DNA from: Octopus bimaculoides
Taxonomy: Eukaryota
Direction: 5' to 3'
NCBI RefSeq assembly: GCF_001194135.2
Contig: NC_068995.1
Location: 27,642,382 to 27,693,445 of the forward strand
Length of the DNA: 51,064 nucleotides
The notes beneath the pieces were generated by a model. It saw nothing but the letters and a program-made list of their open reading frames with translations. It made no database searches and was not told the DNA's origin. Of this stretch, positions 12,400 through 23,339 are shown piece by piece (positions within the stretch are counted from its first letter, which is position 1; each line of letters begins with the position of its first letter). Both the position numbers and the translations under genes were made by a program.

Positions 12400-12690
12400 A
12401 TAATGATTGGTGTGTCTTGGTGCTCCTGCTGACAAAATTTGTGCTTCACTTGCTCATATAACATGAAAAGCAGTCATGGCTGAATGCTTGTCGTGGGCTG
12501 AGAGAATAGTTAGAAGTTGATCTGGACTTTTTTTCGATGGTCATCACTGATGACAATAGCTGGTGCTACAGAATTAGCAGATGTGGAAGAGGTGAAGAAA
12601 AAAATCAACAGGTGTGTTAAAAGGCATCACTTTGCAAGAGTTCCAGCATTGCATCAACTGGAGAATAATTTGAAGACGATAAAGGTGTAA
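12400..12690 (+). mobile_element. mariner transposase remnant
   Basis: DLDFFSMVITDDNSWCY resembles the mariner ITGDE(T/S)WCY motif. Confidence 0.5.
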
Positions 12691-12915
12691 GCCTGTAAAA
12701 TAAATTTATAAAATCAGTTCTTTTGGACATCTCCTTTGCATTTGCCTGTGCAAATTGGTTATCTGTCTAGTTTCTGAAAGATAAGTGGTTTTTGACATTA
12801 GACACTCATTTAGTTACTGTTAGGAACTGTGTTAGAGTTTTACATTAAGTACGAATTGTAATTTAGAAATATTTTTTTTTCAGTTTTTCATTTCTTTTTC
12901 TCTTCTATTGAAAAG

Positions 12916-13074
12916 GAATTGGAAATATTGATGATGCAAAATCGAATATATGCAGCTGAAATTGCTCATGGTGTCTCCAGCAAGAAAAGGAAAGATATAG
13001 TTGATCGTGCATTGCAGTTGAACATAAAAGTAACAAATCCACATGGTCGTCTTCGCTCCCAAGAGGATGAATAA
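12916..13074 (+). CDS. RPL32: 60S ribosomal protein L32, last coding exon
   Basis: [52 protein letters not shown]; acceptor AAG at 12913-12915. Confidence 0.97.
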   Translation, partial: ELEILMMQNRIYAAEIAHGVSSKKRKDIVDRALQLNIKVTNPHGRLRSQEDE

Positions 13075-13095
13075 ATATTTCAGGCCAAAAATAAA
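13070..13095 (+). terminator. RPL32: Polyadenylation signals AATAAA at 13070 (overlapping the stop codon) and 13090, followed by a GU/U-rich tract
   Basis: Direct reading; which site is used is unknown. Confidence 0.7.
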
Positions 13096-13329
13096 TATTC
13101 TTTAAGCCTTATTTTGTTGTTTGTCTTTGATGGTTTTAGTATTTGTGTTTTGTCTCTGAAAGCAGTGTCAGGTAACTAGAAATTGTTTCTTGCTACAGAT
13201 CCTTTTGTTACTGTTGCAAGAGCCAAGTTGTGATTACAGAATGTGTTTTATTGTTTGCTTGTTTTACCTCTTGTCAGTATGGAGGGTTAGTCTTTAGCAA
13301 TGAGCACATGCTTTGAGCAGGCAACAACT

Positions 13330-13680
13330 GGTCATGTGTTCTGCACTGACGAAAGCAAGTTTAGTTCGGTTGGCTCTGGCAATAGTACGCGAGACTTAGG
13401 TGAAAGATAGCTCACTAAATATTTGGAGATGCGGAGTGATTTCTGCAGCAGATATTGGGCCTTTGATATAAATCCATGGTAATGTGAATGTAACCATATA
13501 CACAAGCAGCATTCTGCAGTTGTGGTCAGCCAGTTTTTATGCAGGATAATGTGCCATGTCACTGCTAGAATAGTTAGGTACATGTTTGAAACTAAAAATA
13601 CTGGTGTGTTGGCCAGCTCAGAGCCCTAACCGTACTCCCATTGAAAATTAATTGAGGATATCACCAACCTGCAAATGTCA
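13330..13680 (+). mobile_element. Tc1 transposase remnant
   Basis: Fragments VFCTDESKF, QDNVPCHTAR and WPAQSPNRTPIEN match the Tc1 DDE motifs. Confidence 0.7.
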
Positions 13681-13744
13681 TGATTTTGTGGGGGGGGGGG
13701 AATAGAATAAGATTATGTGAGAAATTGGGTGGAGATGTGTTGAA

Positions 13745-13850
13745 GTCATTAAAAATAGATTACAAAGAATAAGTCCTGGGGTCGATTTGCCTGACTAGAG
13801 GCGGTGGTCCAGCATGGTCACAGTCAAATGACTGAAACAAATAAGAGTAT
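13745..13850 (+). mobile_element. SINE 3' fragment
   Basis: 'tacaaagaataagtcctggggtcgatttg...cagcatggtcacagtcaaatgactgaaac' matches 25260-25350. Confidence 0.7.
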
Positions 13851-14027
13851 ATTTTAAAGTGTATGCAGTAAAAATCCCATTCAAAAGGGTTTTAAAAAAA
13901 AAATTTTTTTTTTTCCCCTTCTCTAATTTTAGCCACTACTGTAAATGTGTGTGTGTGTGTATATATATATTTATACACATTTACTTGTCTGTCATTAGAG
14001 TGCAGTCATGCTGTATCATCACATTAA

Positions 14028-15365
14028 CCCTTTCGTTACCAAATTTCTAAACCAAAATACACCCCTTATGTGTTTCAATTAATTTCTAACAATCATAAAT
14101 TTAGTCTGGTTTCATTAAACAACTCTAACTTTTTTATTTATGAACATATTGTGATTTTTGGAAGATAATTTAACGAAAGGTTCTCAACCAATTCTATACC
14201 AAAAGGTAAATTCAACAAATTATAAAATTATTAAAATTTTTGTTCAAACATCGCGATAGAAGATGGGGTTATTAGCTAATATTCAATTGGGTATACAACA
14301 AAATATTATTATAGAACAGTTGTGCACATTACTGTCTCTTTTGCCAGTATAAAATTCAAATCCAGAGCAGTACCCAGTATTTGATTCACAAATCTTCCAA
14401 ACTTTGATCCCCCATTTTGTGGGCTTTCCTGGCATATACTGTCGAAAACACACTCGGCCTTTATAGCCCACCATATTGATAAATGGCTCCCTGGTCTATA
14501 AACTGTTTTATATGTGTTTTGAACACAGTCAATGAGGGGTCTTATTTTAAATAAGGGATCAAAGTCTGGTTATCCACGTACTGCTCGTGTCTCATATGTA
14601 GATATTGAGTCAATTTTAAAAACAGTGTCCTCATCATACTTGAGACATTCATCTCCAAAGGGTCCATCACTACTCTAGTAATTTATTATTCTAGGTAACT
14701 TTCTAATGCCCATAATAATATTTATGGCAAAATATGCTTTAATTTCATTCAAGTTTGTGGGAAACCACAAACTATCCTTTTTTTATGCTTTGTTTACATT
14801 CAGCGTAACTGTTTGTTTCCGCTGTAAATTCAAATAGGCACATCGGAAAAAGCAAAAAGAAATAGTCTAAAGCTTTACTCTCATGGGTAAGACTGTGACT
14901 TGGTCCAGTTTCTTCAGAAAAATCACTGAAAGAAAAAGTTTCTAAATTTTCACTCCATTCAGGTACTAATTCATTCTCTTTATCGCTCTAGGATTCACTG
15001 CTTTTATTTTTGGAAAATGAAACACCAGATTCATTATCAAATACCACGTGCTTTTTTTTTCTGTTACAGAGTTAAATTTATCAAGGTCTTCAATGGAAAA
15101 TCCTTCGAATTCTGACTAGCTGCTTGACAGAATAAAATTCATATCCATTTTTTTGTCAGGATTACAAATTTGGAAAAAAATCTCCCAAAATTAAAAAAAC
15201 ACATAGCTGAACTGTTTACACAAATAATCACGTGTTTTCATGAATGTACTAACAAGATTTGAACGGATATTCTCATTTAAATATGAATAGGTGATTACGG
15301 GCGGTTTTGGGCACCTTGGTCACATGAACCAAAATTTTTTTGGGGGCGGTTTGGTAACGAAAGGG
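14028..15365 (-). mobile_element. Internally deleted piggyBac element with intact ends
   Basis: TTAA at 14024-27 and 15366-69; 16-bp perfect TIR CCCTTTCGTTACCAAA; internal YKGRVCFRQYMPGKPTKWGIKVWKICESNTGYC. Confidence 0.93.
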
Positions 15366-16641
15366 TTAAGGAGAAACTTTCATAATTATGAAATTTGTAG
15401 AAGAAACTGGACCAAGTCAGTCTTACCCAGGAGAGTAAAGCTTTAGACTATTTCTTTTTGCTTTTTCCGATGTGCCTATTTGAATTTACGGCGGAAACAA
15501 ACAGTTACAAATTCGAAAAGTTAGATATCAGTTTTTGAAAAAGTGCAGCAGAAGAAAGAATTTGGATTATTAAACACCAAAAATTATCTAGACAGTGTAT
15601 TAGCAACTTCAATTACAACTGGGTAATTGAAAAATTTCTTGAAAATAAAGTACCTGACTGCAACAACAAAGGTGGTCAGTGTTTACTCCCAAAGATGATG
15701 CAATACTTGCAATGTATTGGTTTCAAACAGGTACTGAGAAATTGTTTTGCCTCACTTCCCTGTAGTTATTTCAAATATTTGACAAAATAATAAATAAAGA
15801 AAAATTTGATTTAATGAAAAACATGTGAGCATTTCTAAAGCTGAATAAAATACATTGAGCTATTGAGAGGTATAATTTTAGAGTTAAAACTAAATTAAAA
15901 ATTAAAATTTCGGAACGTAACCCATGCTAGCATGGAAAGCGGACGTTAAACGACGATGATTCATTACTTGCTTTCTCATCAAATAAGACCACTTTTCAAT
16001 GTCTCACTGAAATAATGAAGTTTACTAAGGCAATATATGTGTGCGTCTTTAATTGCCAGTGGTCAATATAAGATCACTGCGCAGTTATGCATGGAAAGAA
16101 GGAATTTGAACTAGAGACAATAAATAACTTCTATTACTTTATCTGTCTTTATGTACATCCATACTCTCTCTCACACACATTTATTGGAGTGTTTTCTTAT
16201 TTTCCCTTTGTCAATGTCCCAAAAGGAACTATAATTAATTCCCAACAAAATTGTAGCTGCTTTTTAATTGAATGAATTATGTCACTAATATAGTTAAAAC
16301 TCTGGTTATCAAAAAAGAGGATCCATTGCATTTTTTACGATATGTTTGTTTATTGAAAGCCTCTACATGCAAGATTGCTGAGAGGTAGGGATCACCCTGT
16401 ATTGAATACTACATACCCTTCATAGCAGGGGGACCCTATATCTTGTAGATGCCTGGGGTGGTTGCCCCTTTTAACCCCCTATAAATCTGGTCCAGGATGG
16501 GGGCTTAGGGAAGTAGCCTGCAACTATAATATATACGGTGTGTGTGTCTGTATATATAAAGAGAGTAAAAGGTTCTAAGTGTAAGAAGTTAGTAAACTTC
16601 AGGCATTTATGCAGCCAGTATAAATAATAAGAGGTGGACAA

Positions 16642-17000
16642 TCTATATCTATGAAACTGAGAGTGTGTCTGTGTGAATCCCTAAAACTCGAGAACTACAC
16701 AACCAATTTTACACATGCCTTACTTAGGGTCCCGGTTGTGTTTTAGTCCCCAAAAATTTTTCACTTCTTGCATAGTTTGAGCCGACAGTAACATCATATT
16801 TCCTCCACTATTTAACTATTATGTGTCAAAAGTGAAGCAAAAACACTCGTGTCAAAAACTTTCACTTTCAAAATGAAACTTCCACTATTTCAGTATCAAA
16901 TCTGAAACAATCACATTTCCATACTGTAATGACAGATACTTTCGCTTTAATGGCTTCATTTCCATACTGAAACTACTATAGTGAAACTATACTCTCACAT
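16642..17000 (+). mobile_element. Helitron-like 5' end
   Basis: A|TCTATATCTATGAAACTGAGAGTGTGTCTGTG start typical of non-autonomous Helitrons; no 3' end seen. Confidence 0.45.
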
Positions 17001-17329
17001 CTATACAGGCAGGCATACATACATACATGCACAAATGTATCCATATACATGTATATATATATATATATAATAATATTAGGGACAAAATCCAAAATTACAG
17101 GTAAAAACTCAATTAAAATCAATTTATAAAAAAATCAAAATTAAATTGAGCTTTATAGATAAAATATATAGTTTTAGGGAAAATAACCAAGTTTCAAGAA
17201 CTCATCGATGAAAATCCACTATCACTGTGGATGATTTAACAGGTGGCATCTTCATATAGCTGTTGTATGATGATGAACTTTTGTGGGAAGCCGTAATGGT
17301 GCATCAGTCTCCAGATAACATCTCTGTTG

Positions 17330-19490
17330 ACACTATCAAAGGCCTTCTGAAAGTTGACAAAGACTGTACAGTGGGGTCTGCCACTCTAAAGACTGCTCAA
17401 TGATAATCCACATTGTTGTGATGCGGTCTGTGCAGGATCTATCTTGATGGAAGCCTGCTTGTTCATCCTGAAGTGTCTTGTTCAAGGTGGTCTTCAATCT
17501 CTCAAGGATAATTTTCATCAGTAGTTTCACTGGGGTGGCTAGAAACATGATTCCCCTCCAGTTATTGCAGTATGACAGGTCCCCTTTCTTAGGCAACTTT
17601 ACCAGGTGTCCTTTCTTCCAGTCTTCTGGCACCCTCTCCTGTTCCCAGATCTTTTTCAGGAGAGGGTGCAGCATCTCAGTTGAAGTCTGAATGTCTACCT
17701 TCAATATTTCAGGTGATATCACATTGGGGCCTGCTGGTGATCTCAGTCTTGGTTGGTGGGTTGTTGTTGATGTCTAGGAGCTCGGTCAGTTGTGGGATGT
17801 CTGGCAGGACTGATGGTGCAGGTCTGTTTAGTGTTTCCTTAAAATGCTCTGCCCATCATGTTCTCTGTTCTTCTTCACCTGGGATAATGTTTCCATTCTT
17901 GTTTTTGACTGGTTGGCTGGGGTTGCTGACATTTCCAGAGAGTGTTCTGATGATATCATACAGTCTCTTCATGTTTCTTTGGACTGCTGCAGTCTCTGCC
18001 TCCTCAGACAGTTCCTCAATGAAATTTCTTTTGTCCTTCCTTGCATTTGTCGTCACATTCCAATTTTTCTCCCAGTAATGTGCTTGTAGTTTTTGCCTCT
18101 GTTCTTGATCTTGTGTCTGGCTGACCTAGTCTTTCAGTTGTTTTCTCTCTGGGATCAGCTTCCATGTCTCTGTTGTTAACCACTCCTTGCATTTCCTCAT
18201 CTTCTTCCCCAGTACTTTTGTGCATGTTGCCATCCAGACCTCACTCAGATTGTGCCACTGTTCTTCTATTGTTTCTTCTGGTAATTGTGAAAGTGCACTG
18301 AACTTATTCCTCAATTTAACATTGAATCTTTCTGTTATTTCTTGTTCTTTCAGGCTGTGTACGTTGTACCTGTGTGATACTCTTCCTGCCTGGTCCTGAG
18401 AACTGCCACTACCAGGTAGTGATCTAATGCTGTGTCAGCTCTCCGCTTCACCCTGAAGTCTTGCAGGCTCCTTCGCCACTTTCTGTTAATGATGATATAG
18501 TCAATTTGGTTCTCAGTCTTGCCATCAGGGGAAATCCCTGTTGTCTTGTGAATTTTCTTATGGGGAAAGATAGTGCCTCCTATGACTAGTTCACCATTTT
18601 CATTTTGTCTTCTTATACCATGTCTGCCCATTAACTGTCCTCTGCCTTTGTTGTCTGTTCCCACTTTTGCACTCAAGTCTCCCATGAGGATCTTCGGGTC
18701 TCTTTCTGGTGTTTTATCCATGATCACTTGGAGTTGCTCATAGAACTCTTCTTTGTTTTTTTTAATAATTGTTGCATTTATGGGTGCATAGCACTGTAAG
18801 ATGTTAACTTTCCTACCCTTTGAGTTCAATCTTGCAGTCAGGATCTTTGGTGACACTGGTTCCTAGGACAGCATTGCTCATGTTACCTCAGATGTCATCA
18901 GCAGTGCTACTCTGTATGTGTGTGGCTGTCCTTCCTGTCCAGAGTAGATGATGGTGTTGCTCCTCGTGAGCCTTGTACATCCTGTTCCTGTCCATCTTGT
19001 CTTACACAAGCCAAGAATCTTCAGAATATCTCTCTACACATTTGTGCACTTTTTCGTACCTCATATAGGGTTTGGATGTTTCAGGTCCCTATCCAGGTTT
19101 TGGTCTTAGTCGTGAGAAGAGTTTTTGTCACACTGGCTTCTTGAAGGCTTTCACCAGTTTGCATCATGTGCTCTACCAGACAGGACTCTTCTCGGACCAC
19201 ATTGTTTGAGAGTGCCATTGCAGTTCCTGTTACAGGTATGTTTTTTTACTTGACCGGGTTGTTAGCCCAATGCTACCCCCCCCCCCCCCCCCCCAACCTG
19301 GAGGGCCTGTTGAGTACTCTTCATCTGATCTCTATCCTTCAACCTGTCTGGCTTGGGTAGCCCTACCATGAGACAAATCTCCCACCAGCATAACTCTCAT
19401 AGTCATGGAGACACACAAGCTCTGCAACCAATGACAAGGTGGTACTCATTTGCAAGGGAGACATCCCTTAGCTTGTGTTAAAGCATGTCT
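17330..19490 (-). mobile_element. RTE-clade LINE, 5' part (AP endonuclease and start of RT), 3'-truncated and frameshifted
   Basis: ILQCYAP, ILMGDLSAKVG, QIDYIIINRKWR, LPKKGDLSYCNNWRGI, QAGFHQDRSCTD. Confidence 0.9.
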
Positions 19491-19584
19491 CGAGGAAAAG
19501 GTCACTTAGATATGCAGGGAATGGCATTGAACATTTCTGGATCTTTTGTTTTCACTTGAGATCATAACTGAGATTGTAACTGTG

Positions 19585-20095
19585 CATCTCTCTACACACT
19601 TATGCACTTTTCCTGCCTCATATAGGGTTTGGATGTTCCAGGTCCCTATCCTGGTTTTGGTCTTGGTCATCAGAAGAGTTGTTGGCACACTGGCTTCCTG
19701 AAGACTTTCACCAGCTTGCATCATGTGCTCTACCGGACAGGACTCTTCATGGACCACGTCGTTTGAGAGTGCTATTGCAGTTTCAAATACTGCCGAGTTC
19801 AACTTTGCCTTTTGTCCTTTTGGACAACCCATTTTAGTACTGGATATTTTATACTGACTGATCTCTGGATTATATCAGTAGGATGGAAAGGGCTGTGCAA
19901 GCCTTAGTGGGCTTAAAATTTTAGACTGTGCTATTGCCAGTGAGATAACTATCTGATGCTTGGTTGAGTCAGCAGACGCTATGGCGAGCATAGAAGCCAT
20001 GGACACAAACCCGGGTGAAATCAACTGCTGGTGCATTTTGCATGGGAAATGGTTAGTGATGGTCTCCCTCAGTCATGAGTGGACAGCCACCATCA
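19585..20095 (-). mobile_element. Second RTE 5'-end fragment, paralogous to 19020-19230
   Basis: KTRIGTWNIQTLY; about 200 bp resemble 19020-19230. Confidence 0.75.
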
Positions 20096-20221
20096 TCATC
20101 ATCATCATCATTTTATATATGTATATATAAGGACGACAAATACATAGAGGTTGTTGATGCTTTGTTCCTTATTTACATTATTTACATTTGACAGATATTT
20201 GTCCTCATCTTGTTTGTTGTT

Positions 20222-20267
20222 AACACAACGTTTCGGCTGATATACCCTCCAGCCTTCGTCAGGTGTC
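20222..20267 (-). ncRNA. Minimal type I hammerhead ribozyme motif
   Basis: Minus strand GACAC-CUGACGA-A-GGCUG..CAGCC-GAAACGUU-GUGUU; palindromic AACGUU in place of stem III. Confidence 0.65.
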
Positions 20268-20349
20268 TTGGGGAAATTTCGAACCTGGGTTCTCATTCCT
20301 AACGATGTTACTATTATTATATTATTATTATTATTACTATTATTAATCA

Positions 20350-20422
20350 GGTCGCTGCCGTGAATCGAACTCGGAATCTTGGGGTTAGTAGCCCGCACTC
20401 TTAGCCACTACACCATATGCCC
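20350..20422 (-). promoter_or_regulatory. tRNA-like Pol III head (A and B boxes), not an intact tRNA
   Basis: GGGCATATGGTGTAGTGGCTAAGAG...GAGTTCGATTCACGGCAGCG; acceptor stem does not pair well. Confidence 0.6.
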
Positions 20423-21879
20423 GCGGGCAATTATGGAGTGAATTTTAGGGCTTATAAATCTATTATTTTTCTATCCTTCCTCAATACCAGTTCCCATATG
20501 CTATTCATATCTGCACTCGGTCTGCTTAGGAGTTTGTTGTGTCCTAGCATATGTGCTGCTTCTTTTAGTTTTCGTATTTTCCAGTGTTGTTCCCTGTCTA
20601 TTATTTTAACTTCATCCCACAGGGGGAGGTGGTCTCCATTTTGCCATACATGATCAGCTATACCCTANNNNNNNNNNNNNNNNNNNNNNNNNNNNNNNNN
20701 NNNNNNNNNNNNNNNNNNNNNNNNNNNNNNNNNNNNNNNNNNNNNNNNNNNNNNNNNNNNNNNNNNNNNNNNNNNNNNNNNNNNNNNNNNNNNNNNNNNN
20801 NNNNNNNNNNNNNNNNNNNNNNNNNNNNNNNNNNNNNNNNNNNNNNNNNNNNNNNNNNNNNNNNNNNNNNNNNNNNNNNNNNNNNNNNNNNNNNNNNNNN
20901 NNNNNNNNNNNNNNNNNNNNNNNNNNNNNNNNNNNNNNNNNNNNNNNNNNNNNNNNNNNNNNNNNNNNNNNNNNNNNNNNNNNNNNNNNNNNNNNNNNNN
21001 NNNNNNNNNNNNNNNNNNNNNNNNNNNNNNNNNNNNNNNNNNNNNNNNNNNNNNNNNNNNNNNNNNNNNNNNNNNNNNNNNNNNNNNNNNNNNNNNNNNN
21101 NNNNNNNNNNNNNNNNNNNNNNNNNNNNNNNNNNNNNNNNNNNNNNNNNNNNNNNNNNNNNNNNNNNNNNNNNNNNNNNNNNNNNNNNNNNNNNNNNNNN
21201 NNNNNNNNNNNGCGTGTTATTAATACGTCCAGGAATGCCAGCTGATTGTTCCGTTCCTTTTCCATGGTGAACTGTATGGATGGATTTATTGAGTTCACAT
21301 GATCTAACAGCATTTGGACATCTTGCTGGTGGGGCCAGAGAATAAAGGTGTCATCAACGTATCGCAGCCATAGGGTTGGTTTTAGTGGTGTTGATCCTAA
21401 AGCCAAATTCTCGAAGTATTCCATGTATATATTGGCTATTATCGGTGATAATGGCGAACCCATAGCTAAACCATCTTCATTATTCAGTTTGATACCAAAG
21501 ACTAAAACCTGTCTTATGTGAGAGACCAAGACAAGAACTTTACCTCTTCCAAAATCTTTGTATTGAATTTAGTTTTAATTTTAAAATTACCCATTTTGAA
21601 TGAAATCTTGCAATACCTAAACGTATGTTTTTGTTTTTCAACTTTTGAATACATCATAAATGTTTTTTTGCCTACTCTCACCTATTGTCATGAATGTTGG
21701 GTAATGACTGAGAGAGTATGAACTTGAATACAAGTGGCCAAAATGGGGTTACTCTGAAGGATCTTTGGTGTAATATTACTTGACAGGATATGTAGCTTGG
21801 ATATCAAGGAGTCTTTTCAATTTGAGCTACTACTTCTCAGTATTGAGAGATTACAATTCTGTTACTTTAGACCTGTGGT

Positions 21880-22075
21880 TAGAATGTCACAGGTAAGAAT
21901 TGCAAAACCAACCAGTAGGAGATCTAGGAATGTACCAAGAACAAGATGGCTGGATAATATCCATAGTCTCAGTTTACCACACTTCAGAGTCCAACCAGAT
22001 AGTCTGACAGTTGCTTCTGAGAGGACCCTGAAAACGCTATCCCTTGAAACCTTCTCAGGAATAGTGGGCAGATAA
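21880..22075 (+). mobile_element. LINE (RTE-like) 3' fragment
   Basis: RRSRNVPRTRWLDNI resembles the RTE C-terminal GRPRTRWLD motif. Confidence 0.45.
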
Positions 22076-22226
22076 GATGAATGGATATATGTTTAAATTT
22101 GTTTTCAAGTGTTATATACTCGAAATGGTTGTGTTCATTAATTGGTAGAGTTCTTTTTTTTTTTTTTTAATATATTTTTTGTTATTTTCTACTGACGTCT
22201 TAATTTTTGGTAAAACTGCAGGATTG

Positions 22227-22442
22227 ATAATGAAACCAAAACAATTCAGGAAAATACAAAAATAGTCTTGGCTGTCCTGAGTACGTGAAACAAATATGTA
22301 AATGCTTAAATGTAAAGTCACTACTTTACATTTAACAAATTAAATCTAATAAGTTAATTTTAAGCATTTGTGTATTTGTTTCACTTATTCAGGACAGCCA
22401 AGATTATTTTTGTATTTTCCTGGATTGTTTTGGTTTCATTAT
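22227..22442. repeat. 84-bp inverted repeat with 48-nt spacer
   Basis: Arms 22227-22310 and 22359-22442 differ at 7 of 84 positions. Confidence 0.9.
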
Positions 22443-23339
22443 TATTGTCTTTGCAGTTCAATGCTACTGGGCACATCGTCTGCTACTGATACACTTCTAT
22501 GTTTTTTAGCACTATACATCTATACAAGAAGTTCTCTCTCAAGACAATACTGCAGTTTTATGGGTTTTTTATACTATATTCACATTAAGTAAGATATACA
22601 GACTGCTATTCTGAACCAATACTGCTTCTGTTGCTAATAATGAATTTTTACTCAACCTGCCAGCTATATGCAACACCAATGATTTGAATCACTGTTTTTC
22701 TATATCAATAGAAATGAGATTTGTCAAATCATGCAGCTGATAGTAGATACTCCCTACTGACAATGTGCAAAGACACAGAAATCATGATTTAGCAATTCCA
22801 CCACTATTGCTGGACACTTTCATCTGCTACTTCTATGCTTTTTTAGTGCAATATATCAATATAAGAAGTTCTCTCAAAATGAATACTGCAGTTTTGTAAC
22901 TTTCTATAGCATATCCACATTAAGTAAGTATAAAAGAGTATTATACCATCTACATTCTATTTTAGTCCATTGTTTAAAGGAACTTTATAGTGAAAACATT
23001 TTAAGTCTGTTTTTGTATTTTCCTTTATTTGTTTTGGTTTCATTTATCAATCCCACGGTTACCTAAAACCAAAGTTTGCCAAAATTCTATTATTTATGAC
23101 ATTTCAAAAAAAAAAAAAAAAATTGCAAAAATTTTAAATAAATCTGAAAGCAGAGTTCAAATCAAAGTACACCATTAAACTGGCTGTAAAACATGCGGCT
23201 GATTCAATTGCTGGTTTGTGTTTTTGAGAGTCGGACAGGATTTTTGTGCTGCTTGGCAGTGGTCTTGTGGAAATGTATTCAGATNNNNNNNNNNNNNNNN
23301 NNNNNNNNNNNNNNNNNNNNNNNNNNNNNNNNNNNTGGC

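Larger units (their letters stand above)
20140..21530 (-). mobile_element. Penelope-like element fragment (RT, gap, terminal region)
   Basis: GLAMGSPLSPIIANIYME, WLRYVDDTF, IQFTMEKE, FLDVLITR are Penelope RT motifs. Confidence 0.85.

Noticed and set aside
19950-20095. Possible HDV-like ribozyme at the RTE 5' end
   Set aside because: Such ribozymes are known in RTE elements, but I could not build the nested double pseudoknot by eye.
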